A DNA stretch of 64,000 bases from the human T2T-CHM13v2.0 reference genome, Homo sapiens (GCF_009914755.1 NC_060928.1), one strand, 5' to 3'; numbered from the stretch's first letter, positions 1 through 17,256 are shown. Notes: a model not told the origin generated them from the sequence alone. Numbers and translations: made by a program.

Positions 1-289
1 TCCCCTGCAATGGACAGCAGCTGAAATTGCTGTTTTTTAAGTTGGTCTGTTTGAAGCCTGTCTGTGCAGGAAATTGGAGTAGAATTGATACAGAGAATTT
101 GAGGCTCCCACTCTCTGTTCTCTCCTTTCTAGATTAACCTTCTTTATTTTCTAACTGCGTTAATTTCCTGAGTTCTGTCTTTTGATTCTTTGTGCAAATA
201 AGAATCTGGGTTTTTGCTCAAATTTTAGCTACCTCATGTGGTCCTGACTGCAGCACTTCAGGCTAAAAGCTAATTAATGAAAGTAGCAA

Positions 290-1850
290 CTAATGTGACA
301 CAAGGCCAATACATGAGAATGAATTATATTTGTGCAGACCAGTAATGAACAACTAGAAAATTAAATTTTTAAATGTTATTTGCAAAGGCATCTTAAAAAT
401 ACAATGGGAATATACTTTTTAAAAATATGCAGATTACTTCTACAATTAAAACTCTAAAACATTGTTGAGAACAATGAAATATTATATAAATAAACAGAAA
501 TATATACCACACTGTGTTGTTATATTAATTTTACCCAAATCTATAGATTTATTCTAACCATAAAAAAATCCAAACTAGATATTATTTGTATAAAAATAGA
601 TAAACTGATTCTAAAATTTATATGTAAATGCAACAAACATAGGATGCCCAAACCAATCTTGAAAAAGATCAAATTGGAGGACTGGCATTGTCTTATTTTA
701 AGACTTAATACTACATTAGTCAAGGTATTAATGCAAAGGCAAATGGGGTAATGGAACAGAATAGAGTTCAGGAATAACTCACAAACATATGTTTGTTTTT
801 TATTTAAGGTAGTAAAGCAATTCAACTGGGAAAGGACAGTGCTTTTGTTGCTGGAACACCTGGATCTTCATCTAGGGAAGAAAGATCAATATTGACAATT
901 ATTTAACAACACACACACAAATTAATTTGTGATGAATCATAGACCCATATATAAAAGCTAAAAGCATAAAGGTTCTAGTATAAAACAGAAAAATATATCT
1001 GCAATTTTGGGATAAAGATTTCTTAAAATGTGAAGAAAATGATTGATTAAATTTCATTAATATTAATGCTTCTGCTCATCAAAACTTGCCCTTAAAAAAT
1101 TAATTTCAAGTTACAGACTAGTAGAAAATATTTAAAATACGTATATCTGAAAAAGATTTGTAACCAGTATAAAAATTTATATCACTTATTTATAATGAAG
1201 ACAAATCAGTTAAAAAGTAGGCAGATGGAAATATACATAACAAAGTAAGGATGATGAAAATATACTCAATCTCATTATTCATTAGGGAAATAAACATGAA
1301 AACCATAAGGAGATACCTCTTTACAACCACAGAATGCTAAAATTAAAAATATATATCATGCATACCAAATTTTGGTAAGGAAAAGAGCAAGAGCAAGTGG
1401 TACTCTCCTACATTGCTGATGAAACTAAAGTGATACAACTACTTTGACAGTTGCTTACAATTTAAATGTATTCAGCAATTCCTGTAATCCAGCAATTCCA
1501 CTCTCAGTGTTTCTCTCTCAGGAATCCACTCTCCACTCTTACCCAAGAGAAATAAAATATTTATCTACAAAAGATAGCTTTATCCTAATATCCCAAATCT
1601 GGAAACATTAAAAAAATTATCAATAGAAAACAAATTAATGGAGAGTAGAGCATTTGTACAATTGACAGAGCAAATCAATGAACAAACAAAAATGAATAGA
1701 CAATGTAAATCTCAAAAATGTTATGCTAAATTAAAGGAATTTGGGCACAAAAGAGTACACATATATTTATGTGAAGCTTAAAAATAGGCACAATGAAAAA
1801 CTACAATGATAGAAATCTGAACAGTGATCACCCCTAGGATTGACTATTGA
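290..1850 (+). mobile_element. Ancient L1M (L1ME/L1MC-like) ORF2 3' region and 3' UTR, degraded
   Basis: Degenerate L1 ORF2 motifs on + (e.g. 'ataaactgattctaaaatttatatg', 'aatggaacagaatagagttcag', 'atccagcaattccactc'). No open frame; boundaries approximate. Confidence 0.7.
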
Positions 1851-2020
1851 GCAGTGGTTGAAAGGATATTCTTTCCTTGGGTTAACTGGCAGATAGAACT
1901 CTAACTGCTGCCAGTGTTTATCTAGAACTAATAATTTCTTTTCTTTTGGTAAGGAAAACACTACATCCACTGATGTGGCTAGTTATTCTTTTTTTTTTTT
2001 TTTTTTAGTTTAAATGTCAC

Positions 2021-2026
2021 TTTATT
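2021..2026 (-). terminator. Polyadenylation signal AATAAA used by the transduced L1 read-through transcript
   Basis: tttatt on +, 14 nt from the T18 tract that abuts the TSD. Confidence 0.8.
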
Positions 2027-2089
2027 AGAAATACATTCCACTAGAGTTCAGGCTAGCTTATATGTTATCACATTGATAATTGTATTGTT

Positions 2090-2260
2090 GAGATTATTTG
2101 ATGAAGGTCTGCCTCCAACCTCCTGTCCCCCAACTCTAAGTTCCCAGCACAGTGCTTAATTTGATCACTTCAATTGCATTCTCAGTACCCAGCCCATAAC
2201 CTAACCGTTTCTAGGTACTTAACAAGTATCTATTGAGTGAATGAATCAATGAATGAAAAA
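2090..2260 (+). mobile_element. L2 3' end fragment inside the transduced segment
   Basis: 'taggtacttaacaagtatctattgagtgaatgaatcaatgaatg' resembles the L2 (AATG)n tail. Confidence 0.6.
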
Positions 2261-2725
2261 TATACTATTTAATGGAATGCAATTCAAAAAATGTTTATCT
2301 ATTACCCACTGCATGGTTGGCACTGAGCTGAGCTCCAGGAAATCTAATAAATGAACAATCTTGTGCGGGTGTTGCCCGAGGCATTAACCTCAGTCCCCTT
2401 CTCAGATCCTCACTCTCTCTGGGCAAGCACATTCTTCACAGTGGCTTTAATCACCACCTTTGTATGTAAGGATACAAAAACCTGATCTCTGATCACAAAG
2501 ACACTTCTCCCTAGATAATAGCCACTTTACTAACCCAGAATCAGACCAATAGGGAATTCACAATTTGGGAAACTTAAAATCTGAAAGTAATTTGATGCAC
2601 TCCAGCTATGTCCTGGGATCCTTTGCCTTGGCAATTTTAAGACCAGGGTTTAGGGGAAACCTCCCTACTCTTGCCTGGGGACTAGTTTATGAGGAATCCT
2701 AAAGCCCAGACAAATGCATATGTTA

Positions 2726-3984
2726 GCTGAGAACACTGGCTATCCATATGCAGAAGAATGAAACTAGACCCCTCTCTCTTGCCATGTATAAGAATCAAAT
2801 CAAAATGGACTAAAGAATTAGATCTAACACCTGGAACTGTGAAACTACTAAAAGAAAACACTGGGGAAAGTCTCTAGGACTTTGGTCCGGACAATGATTT
2901 CTCAAGTGAGACCTCAAAAGCACAGGCGACCAAAGCAAAAATGGACAAATAGGATCACATCAGGTTAAAAAGCTTCTGCACAGCAAAGAAAACAACAAAG
3001 TTAAGAATAGGAAAAAATATTCGCAAACCACTCATCTGACAAGAGATTAATCAGAATATATGAGAAGCTCAAATAATTCAATGGGAAAAAATGTAATATC
3101 CAATTAAAATGGGCAAAATTCATCCCTAACAGGTCAGAGAAAAAAAATGGGCAAAAGATCTGAACAGACATTTCTCAAAAGAAGACACGTAAATGGCCAA
3201 CAGATATATGAAAAAATGCTCAACATCAGTCGGAGAGATGCGAATCAAAACCGCAATGAGACAGCATCTCACTGCAGTTAAAATGGCTCATAACCAAAAG
3301 ACAGGCAACAACAAATGCTGGCAAGGACGCGGAGAAAGGCGAACTTTTGTATGTTGTTGGTAGAAATGTAAATCAGCACAGCCACCATGGAGAACAGTAT
3401 GGAGGTTCCTCAAAAAAACAAAAATAGAGCCTCATGATCCAGCAATCTCACAGCTGGGTACACACCCAAAAGGAAGGAAATCAGTATATCAAAGAGATAT
3501 CTGTACCCCCATGTTTATTGCACACTATTCACAACAGCCAAGACTTGGAGTCAGTCCAAGTGTCCATCAATGAATGAGTGGATAAAATAAATGTAGTACA
3601 TATACACAATGTAATATCATTCATCCTTAAAATAGAATGAAATCCTGCCATTTGCAACAACATGGATGCAGCTGGAGAACATTGTTAAGTGAAATAATTC
3701 AGGCACAGAAATATAAATGCATATTCTCACTCATGTGTGGGAGTCAAAAATTAAAACAATTGAACTCATGGAGATAGGAGAATGATGATTACCAGAGGCT
3801 GGGAAGGGGTGGGGGGAGTGGAAATGGTTAATGGGTGCAAAAATATAGTTAGAATGAATAAGATCTAGTATTTGATAGCACTGCAAGGTGACTGAAGTCA
3901 ACGATAATTTATTGTATATTTTAAAATAACTAAAATAGTGGAATTGGAATGTTCCTCATACAAAGAAATGATAAACACTTGAAG
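2726..3984 (+). mobile_element. L1MA-type fragment (ORF2 C-terminus and 3' UTR) inside the transduced segment, antisense to the L1PA
   Basis: Starts at the codons for W-E-N-W-L-x-I-C-R ('gctgagaacactggctatccatatgcagaag'). The 3' UTR 'aatgaataagatctagtatttgatagca...ggaattggaatgttcc' is typical of L1MA. Confidence 0.85.
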
Positions 3985-4302
3985 CATGGATGACCTCTTC
4001 CCACAAAATGAGTATGTTAATAACAATACCCCAATCATACTTCATATTTTATAGTGCCTTATAATTAAAATTTTTCTTATTTTATTTTTATTTTTTTGCT
4101 ATACTTTAAGTTTTAGGGTACATGTGCACAACGTGCAGGTTGGCTACATATGTATACATGTGCCATGTTGGTGTGCTGCACCCATTAACTCGTCATTTAA
4201 CATTAGGTATATCTCCTAATGCTATCCCTCCCGCTTCCCTCCACCCCACAACAGGCCCTGGTGTGTGATGTTCCCCTTCCTGTGTCCATGTGTTCTCATT
4301 GT

Positions 4303-8129
<3,827 letters not shown>

Positions 8130-8192
8130 TATGATGTTAGCTGGTTATTTTGCTCGTTAGTTGATGCAGTTTCTTCCTAGCATCGATGGTCT

Positions 8193-9209
8193 TTACAGTT
8201 TGGCATGTTTTTGCAGCGGCTGGTACCTGTTGTTCCTTTCCATGTTTAGTGCTTCCTTCAGGAGCTCTTGTAGGGCAGGCCTGGTGGTGACAAAATCTCT
8301 CAGCATTTGCTTGTCTGTAAAGTATTTTATTTCTCCTTCACTTATGAAGCTTAGTTTGTCTGGATATGAAATTCTGGGTTGAAAATTCTTTTCTTTAAGA
8401 ATGTTGAATATTGGCCCCCACTCTCTTCTGGCTTGTAGAGTTTCTGCCAAGAGATCTGCTGTTAGTTTGATTGGCTTCCCTTTGTGGGTAACCCAACCTT
8501 TCTCTCTGGCTGCCCTTAACATTGTTTCCTTCATTTCAACTTTGGTGAATCTGACAATTATGTGTCTTGGAGTTGCTCTTCTTGAGGAGTATCTTTGTGG
8601 CATTCTCTGTATTTCCTGAATTTAAATGTTGGCCTGCCTTGCTAGATTGGGGAAGTTCTCCTGGATAGTATTCTGCAGAGTGTTTTCCAACTTGGTTCCA
8701 TTCTCCCCGTCACTTTCAGGTACACCAGTCAGATGTAGATTTGGTCTTTTCACATAGTCCCATATTTCTTGGAGGCTTTTTTCATTTCTTTTTATTGTTT
8801 TTTCTCTAAACTTCTCTTCTTGCTTCATTTCATTCATTTGATCTTCAATCACTGATACCCTTTCTTCCAGTTGATTGAATCGGCTACTGAGGCTTGTGCA
8901 TTCATCATGTAGTTCTTGTGCCTTGGTTTTCAGCTCCATCAGGTCCTTTAAGGGTTTCTCTGCACTGGTTATTCTAGTTAGCCATTCGTCTAATTTTTTT
9001 TCAAGGTTTTTAACTTCTTTGCCATGGGTTCGAACTTCCTCCTTTAGCTCAGAGTAGTTTGATCATCTGAAGTCTTCTTCTCTCAACTCATCAAAGTCAT
9101 TCTCCATCCAGCTTTGTTCCATTGCTGGTTAGGAGCTGCGTTCCTTTGGAGGAGGAGAGGCACTTTGATTTTTAGAGTTTCCAGTTTTTCTTCTCTGTTT
9201 TTTCCCCAC
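8193..9209 (-). pseudogene. L1 ORF1, disrupted
   Basis: Pieces 8622-8939 and 8193-8603 (REKG, ARR). The start codon reads GTG and there is a frameshift near 8610-8625. Confidence 0.9.
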
Positions 9210-10479
9210 CTTTGTGGTTTTATCTACCTTTGGTCTTTGATGATGGTGACATACAGATGGGGTTTTGGTGTGGATGTCCTTTTTGTTTGTTAGTTTTCCT
9301 TCTAACAGTGAGGACCCTCAGCTGCAGGTTTGTTGGAGTTTGCTGGAGGTCCACTCCAGACCCTGTTTGCCTGGGTATCAACAGCAGAGGCTGCAGAACA
9401 GCGGATATTGGTGAGCAGCAAATGTTGCTGCCTGATCATTCCTCTGGAAGTTTTGTCTCAGGGGAGGACCTGGCCATGTGAGGTGTCAGTCTGCCCTACT
9501 GGGGTTGCCTCACATTTAGGCTACTCAGGGGTCAGGGACCCACTTGAGGAGGCAGTCTGTCTATTCTCAGATCTCCAGCTGTGTGCTGGGAGAACCACTA
9601 CTCTCTTCAAAGCTGTCAGACAGGGACATTTAAGTCTGCAGAGGATTCTGCTCCCTTTTGTTTGGCTATGCCCTGCCCCCAGAGGTGGAGTCTACAGAGG
9701 CAGACAGGCCTCCTTGAGCTGCGGTGGGCTCCACCCAGTTCAAGCTTCCAGGCTGCTTTGTTTACCTACTCAAGCCTCGGCAATGGCGGGCGCCCCTCCA
9801 CCAGCCTCACTGCCACCTTGCAGTTTGATCTCACACTGCTGCGCTATCAATGAGCGAGGCTCTGTGGGCGTACGACCCTCCGGGCCAGGCACAGGATATA
9901 ATCTGCTGGTGTGCCGTTTGCTAAAACCATTGGAAAAGCACAGTATTAGCTTGGGAGTGACCCGATTTTCCAGGTGCTGTCTGTCACCCCTTTCTTTGAC
10001 TAGGAAAGGGAATTTCCTGACCCTTTGCACTTCCTGGGTGAGGCGATGCCTCACCCTGCTTTGGCTCATGCTCAGTGTGCTGCACCCACTGTCCTGCACC
10101 CCCTTTCTGACACTCCCCAGTGAGATGAACCTGGCACCTCAGTTGGAAATGCAGAAATCACCTGTCTTCTGCATCGCTCATGCTGGGAGCTGTAGACTGG
10201 AGCTGTTCCTATTCGGCCATCTTGGCTCCAATCATCTGGCTAGTTATTCTTTACATAACTTTGCCAGCTCCACAGATGTGATTGAGTTCATGACAATTTT
10301 CCCTGGCTAAGTTTCTGGAATGCAGGTGAAAGCCAATAAAAGTTAGATCATATTTCTGAGGTATGCTGTAGCTTGTTTAGAACCCAACCTGCATGTCAAT
10401 AATAATCTTTTAAATCACCTTATGAATAGGAACTTATGAGAGAGCTAAACAACTTATGAGTTTGGTAATGAATGTTGCT

Positions 10480-11450
10480 AAATCATTTATTCTTTCAAGT
10501 TTCATTCAATAAATATACAAAGATGAATACAAGATGATGTGTTTACTTAAGGTATCTGTAATCCAGCGGGGAAACATTTTTTTGACAGAAGACATTTTTT
10601 GATTGCCCATTATATTTCAAGCTCTAAGAAAGAGATATAACAATAGTAAATGATATATTTTCTATTTTCAAAGAGCTTGTAGATTGAATGGAGAGATGGT
10701 GACCTGACAGGTATTAACAAAAAGTGTATAAAGGAAATAAGCCCAAGGATGCACATAGGCAAGAAATCTAACCTAGATTCTGGACATGGGTTTATGAGGA
10801 TCTGGGGGGAAATATCACCTCTAATGACAGTTTTGCAGAAAATGCAAAAGCCTAGGAGTCCAGGAGATAGAAAAGGCATAGAGACATTTCAGGCAGAGCA
10901 AAAAACTTATTGTAAAATCATGAAGACATGAAAGGATATTGAATCATAGTTAGAAAGTGTTAAGGTATTTCATTGTGGCTGAAATATAGGATATTTGGAA
11001 GAGATGTAAAGGGATTGAGGCCAGCAGCTCGTTTGGGGACATGAAAGGTATTGCATGTCATGCTACAAAGCTTTGATTTTGTCCCTTAAGAAGCATACAT
11101 AGGGCCAGCTGAAGTCTTCAAGCAGAGGAGGGATTCTGAGTAGAGACTCACATTAGAATACACAGGAATCCATGGAGACAGTACAAGGAAGAGATGATAA
11201 GGTCTAGATGAAGATAAGAACAGGAAGAATGGAGAGGAAGGAGTCGAGTTAAAATTTCTAGTGGGTAGAATCAATGGAACTTCATCATTAGTTGAGTGTG
11301 TCTGGTAAGAGAGATGGAGAGGTCGAAGATGGCTCTTTGTCAGTCTTGGGTGACTAGAGGCATAGTGATGCCACTAAATAAGGGGATTCAAGATGAAAAA
11401 TAGATTTTTGACAGAGGAAATTTATTTTAAGTTTGAGGTACTAGTAATAA
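10480..11450 (-). mobile_element. L2 fragment(s)
   Basis: 'ttcattcaataaatat' tail followed by purine-rich antisense L2 body ('cttgggtgactagaggcatagtgatgccac'). Boundaries approximate. Confidence 0.55.
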
Positions 11451-11559
11451 ATATTCTGCAGATGCCTATACAGAATTCATTTAAATTAAGAAACTGACAC
11501 AGAGTCAGCATTTATTTCTTTCTATTCCTAACACTGCCAACCTAAAGAGTGTCTTAATC

Positions 11560-12140
11560 CGTTGTCATTAAAAGACCGTAAGGCCCCCAAGAGAGGATTG
11601 CAATATCTTCTCCGTAAGTCCAAAGTTTATGGGAAAAATGTGTAACTATCTGAACACTGAAGAAAGTTGCTGTTTTGTAGTCTCCCTCTGTGATTTCCAA
11701 TTCTTTATAGATCCTTTTATTTGAACTTTTAATCTTTGGTGTTGCTTTTCTTTTGTCTCTCTCCAAGTTTTCTTATCCTTCTTTAGTTTCTGGACCTTGA
11801 ACTGGATATAGTACTATCCTAAGTGCCTGACCAAGGCCCAACGGGACCATTGCTTCACAGGTCTTGCATATTATGTTCTTGTTAGTGCATTCCTCTATCT
11901 TGCTTGATTTAAAAATAATAGCAGTGTGCTGCTGACTCATATTCAGTTCATAATTCACAATGGCACCTTCCAGCCTCTGTGGCAAACCCATTCTTCCGCA
12001 TCCTGAATTCATGTCAGGTATTTGTTTTTCTTTCTTGATTGCCTTCCTGTTAAGTATTTGTTGTTACTTCTATTATTTTTCAAGATCATTTTGGGTTCAA
12101 TTCTATCTTCAAAGGAGCTAGGCATCATTCTCACTTTTGT
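11560..12140 (-). mobile_element. L3/CR1 LINE fragment
   Basis: Minus-strand translation 'LNMSQQHTAII..KIEECTNKNIICKTCEAMVPL' resembles CR1 ORF2 'LNMSQQC..AKKANAILGCINRSI.SRSREVIVPL'. Confidence 0.7.
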
Positions 12141-13044
12141 GTGTTAATTCAATTCCAAAGTATTAAGTATTATTTTTGAGCCACTCTAAATCAGCAATAA
12201 ACAGGTGGGGTGCATATGCCGGTGACTAGGGCAGGATTTGAGAGGCTCAGTGCCTCTTTCTCCTGCGGCACCTTAGAGAGGTGGCTTTACTCATTGTTCT
12301 CTTGTCACATACCAACCAGAAAAAGGAATCAGATGTAATCAAATGCTGTAAAAACAAAATAAAATTCTTGTCACATTAGAGTATTCAAAAACATTAGTTT
12401 CCTTTCCTTTTATACTATCTGAAAAAAAAACAGATGTTATTTAATCTCTACTAAGAAAATAAGTGTTCTTATAAGTCATAAGTTAAAATACCTTGAATTA
12501 TTGAGTTTATAGATTGTCAGAATGTAATTCATCTTAATCTGTAGGTAAATTTATGCCACTGGAAAGGAGAGAGTGCTCTCATTCTATGGGTAAGCCAACA
12601 ATCAACAAAATTATATGAACAAAGTCATAGAAATATGGTATTATCCACACATTAGAGTGTATGTCCTTTGTGCTAAATAATATTTTAAACATCTCTAAAT
12701 AGGCCTTCAAAATCATCACTCTAAATACATATGTATTTCATCAGGTAGATATACAATTATGTCCATAATTGATCATCATCCAAATTTTTGGCCCGTGGCT
12801 GATATTAATTTTCCCACAATTGTAAAACAAAATTTGTGCACTAAGCATTTTTAAAAGAGCTAGGAGGTAATGTTTTCAATGAATAAATTACACTGAACAA
12901 AAATACATTTATCCTATTTAATAAATTCACTAGTCATGCTTTTGTATATCTAAGAATTAAAATATACACTGAATATCTCAGATGAAAATTTTGTAATTAA
13001 GTACCACTTTTCCTCACAAAATCTGAAAAACCTTAAAGAGATTA

Positions 13045-13240
13045 TTCATTCAACAAGTATTTATTGGGCACCTACTATGTCCAGGCATTCTGTAAATTGT
13101 CCAGAACACAAATTTGAATAAGAAATAGTCATCACCTTTTAAGAACATTCAGTCTTGTCAGAACACAGGCATATGTCAACAGACACTGAAGTGAAAAATG
13201 TTGAATGTTATAATACAGAAATGTGCAAGGTGTTATGGGA
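13045..13240 (-). mobile_element. L2 3' fragment
   Basis: 'attcattcaacaagtatttattgggcacctactatgtccaggca'. Confidence 0.65.
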
Positions 13241-13437
13241 ACACTTTTATGAACCTAGCTTCATGCTTGCCTTCTAAAAGCCCATCTGAGATAACAACTT
13301 ACACCATTCATTGTCCAGAGTACTCACACGCAAATACTAATTATCATGTGTAGTGAGTGTCACTTTTAAGTTCCAAGCATCTGCTTATTTCCCCTCCTTT
13401 CTTCTCATTCTCCTTTCTTCCCTCCCTTTTTTTTTCA

Positions 13438-13879
<442 letters not shown>

Positions 13880-16800
13880 CTATGTATATGCCCAGGGCTC
13901 TTCTGCTTAAATTTGAGTATGAGAACTAGTATATTGTACTATGTAATTTCTTTACACTTATACAACTTAGAATTGAATTTAAATATGAAAAACTGAAAAT
14001 ATTTTTTAGTGTTGGCAGAAATCCTATTCTATTGGGTTACAATCTTGAACAAATTTGCTGATGCTATATATTGAGTTTTATTGCTCTCTCACTTTGACAT
14101 TTAAATTTCAGTCATTCAAAGAAAGCAAAGGTTGTTAAAATTGTTGCTATATGGTTTCCACATGGTAGTGGTGCATTGACAGTAGTGCCTGGACTAAGAT
14201 CTCAGTAACTTGACTGTAGATGTGATCTTGGCATTGCTCTAAGATTTGACTCAGCAACACCCCTTATATATGGTTCAGTGGGCAGTGCCAACTTCTTGGA
14301 CCCACATTAAATTCAGTACTGGTTTCTGTGTTCCAGAGCCCTAAAACATAAGAAGACTGAGTCAATTATTTTCATTATGTAACTACACATTAAAAATATT
14401 AAGTTAATTCATTTACTAAAGTTTACTTGTTTCACTTCACATAAAAGGGTCTAAATATTTAAATCCAGACATCAATTAACATCACTAATTGGGTTTGAAT
14501 CAAAGACTCCATGTAAAGATATTCTGATATTAAGATGATTTATATCCTTGCATTATTTCTAGGAAAAAGCCCTCCCCTGCCCCCTACTCCAAGGTAAATC
14601 GATAATACAGTATCGTTAATTGACTAACACCTTAATAGGTATTTAAAATAATTTATTTCTTCATTTAATATCATGATTTCTACTCTTTCAACTTCACCAA
14701 AGCCAGTAATTTCTTTCTATTAAGGATAAAATTATTCATTTCTTTTGTAGAAGGGATCTATTGATTTATGTCAATTTATTTTGAAACATGTATGAAATAA
14801 ATACAAATAAATAAACATCTGCTCTGGGTCCTGCCCCAATCACTAAGAGCAGCTTGCAGACCTGGAATTATTTCTGCTGGCTGCAATCAGGATAGGGTTG
14901 GCTGAGAAGGGCATCTTCTTGTGAATCTTTATTCCAAACTCATAAACACTTTCATTGATAGGAAGCTTTATAGCTCCAAAATGCTTTGCAACTCTTAATT
15001 GGTTGATCACATCTTTAGCCTCAAGGGCTCTGAGTAATTTAAACCTTTTTTTTTTTTTTTGTAGTTTGCAGCATTCATTATAGCAGTATTTATTTTGAGC
15101 TCTTGATCTTGGTTTTATTTGGATATGTTTCACTTGGATAAATGTTTGTAGTTATTTTTCTTTTTTCTAATTTTGCTAGGATGCCCAAGGGGCTTGGGAT
15201 AAGGCTGCCTATAAATTAATATAAAAATGAACTACATTTGTATTGTTTGTCATCTGCCAGAATGCCATTTGGAATCCTCTCTTGGAATATGAATCTCCCC
15301 AATACTCACCACAGAGGAATTCAGGTGCAAAAGTAAACACAGAGTTCTAGTATCAGCATCCATTTAGCTAGGGGGAAGTGGGAAAATGTTATGCCTATTA
15401 TTATTGCAAACAGATTGTTCACTGTATGCTATTTGAAATGGAAAGGCAGTGAGTGATTTAAGAATTTGTATTTTAAGTTATCAAGTAACTTACACATCCA
15501 CAGTTTGGCTTCTTCAAGGTTGTGAAACCACAGCCAAAACAGAAATGAAACCTTCACTATGCCGGAAAGCAATTCAAGCAGCAATGGGTGGTTTTCTATT
15601 TTCTAATGTGCCAAGATCTTTCTCCTCTTGGTTCTCACTTACGCAAACACCATGAAAAAATGTTTGGTGGCTGTTTGGTGAGCGATGTGGCTACTTGAGA
15701 CAGAAAAAAACAAAAAAACAAAAAAACCTCCCACTTTTACATCACAAATGACATTTTTAGTGCTAATTGGTGGTGTGGAGAAGACCAGATGGCTCCCGGG
15801 TGTCAGCATAGTTGGGCCATAGCGAATCCTGCCTGCCTGCACTGTGGATCTGGCTATAGCTGCATTTCTACATCTGTTGGGTTCATACATGATCTATGTT
15901 CAACAAATAGCTCGTTCTGTATCTGGGCCTGGATCTTAAATGTGTGTGTTAACTCAAGGAGGCCTCATTCCAGCTGGCGATGGTGTGTGGATTGTCAAAT
16001 GCAGAATTTCATCTGAACTGGGACTAACATGATCTGAAGCACATTTACATTGATGCCGGAAGACTGGAGTCACAACAGCTAAATTGAAAGATTGTTTCAT
16101 GATGGATTATACAAGACACTGTTTTTCTAAAAAAAAAAAAAATGTTTTCTATCACATGAAGGCCAGAGATCACATAATTTCTGTTCAGGATCATCCATCA
16201 AGCCGACTTACTCTCACCAAAAGGCTAAATTGCCAAAAAATGGAGTGTCAGAAAGGACTTCACCATTTGGGATTATGTGTAATGCTTACCATAACCTAAT
16301 GACTCTGAAGATGGCTGGGTGCCCTGCACCTCAGGCTGAGATCTAATTTTATTGAAATCAAGTATAAGACATCAGAATGAATGCACCAAATCCAACAAAC
16401 AGTTGTTTAATGACATTTCAGAATAGAAACTTCTTTTAGGTGCTTTTTGGGATAAATAAAATCTAAGTACCCAATTTTCAGGGTACTTGAATTCAGTTGA
16501 ATGAAGACATTGACAAGGATAGGTAAGAAATTGCAGTTAAATATGTTTACCTAATAAACTTGGGACTATGTGGTGGTGGCGGCAATGGTTGAACCTTGGG
16601 CAGAAGGCAAACTTTTATCAGAGCTGGTCTTGAAGCTTCATTATAGTGTTTTGTTCTTCATGGTACATTCTCAGGTATTGTACTGTTACGCTAAACACTG
16701 AAAAGAGCCAGGCAGCAATATTATTGAGGCCACTAAAAGCAGAATTGAATAATTGACACAAGAATTTTGGAAAAAAGAAGAAAATAGAGTCATCTCAGTT

Positions 16801-17256
16801 ATAAAGCTAACTTCTAATGAGAGCCTTGGGATCAACATATTTAAGTTTTGAAAAAAATGCTTTCCCCTCATATTCTAATTAACATTTCACAGACCCATTC
16901 TTAGAAAACCTGTGAACATTTAATCTTCATATCTATTCATTATATAGGAAGACTATAGACAAAATTAGTAAATAATGTTTTTTTAAAATTATACAAGATA
17001 AATTTTATTTTATTTTATTTTATTTTATTTTTTTATTTTTATTATTTTTTTATTATACTCTAAGTTTTAGGGTATATGTGCACATTGTGCAGGTTAGTTA
17101 CATATGTATACATGTGCCATGCTGGTGCGCTGCACCCACTAATGTGTCGTCTAGCATTAGGTATATCTCCCAATGCTATCCCTCCCACCTCCCCCGACCC
17201 CACCACAGTCCCCAGAGTGTGATATTCCCCTTCCTGTGTCCATGTGATCTCATTGT

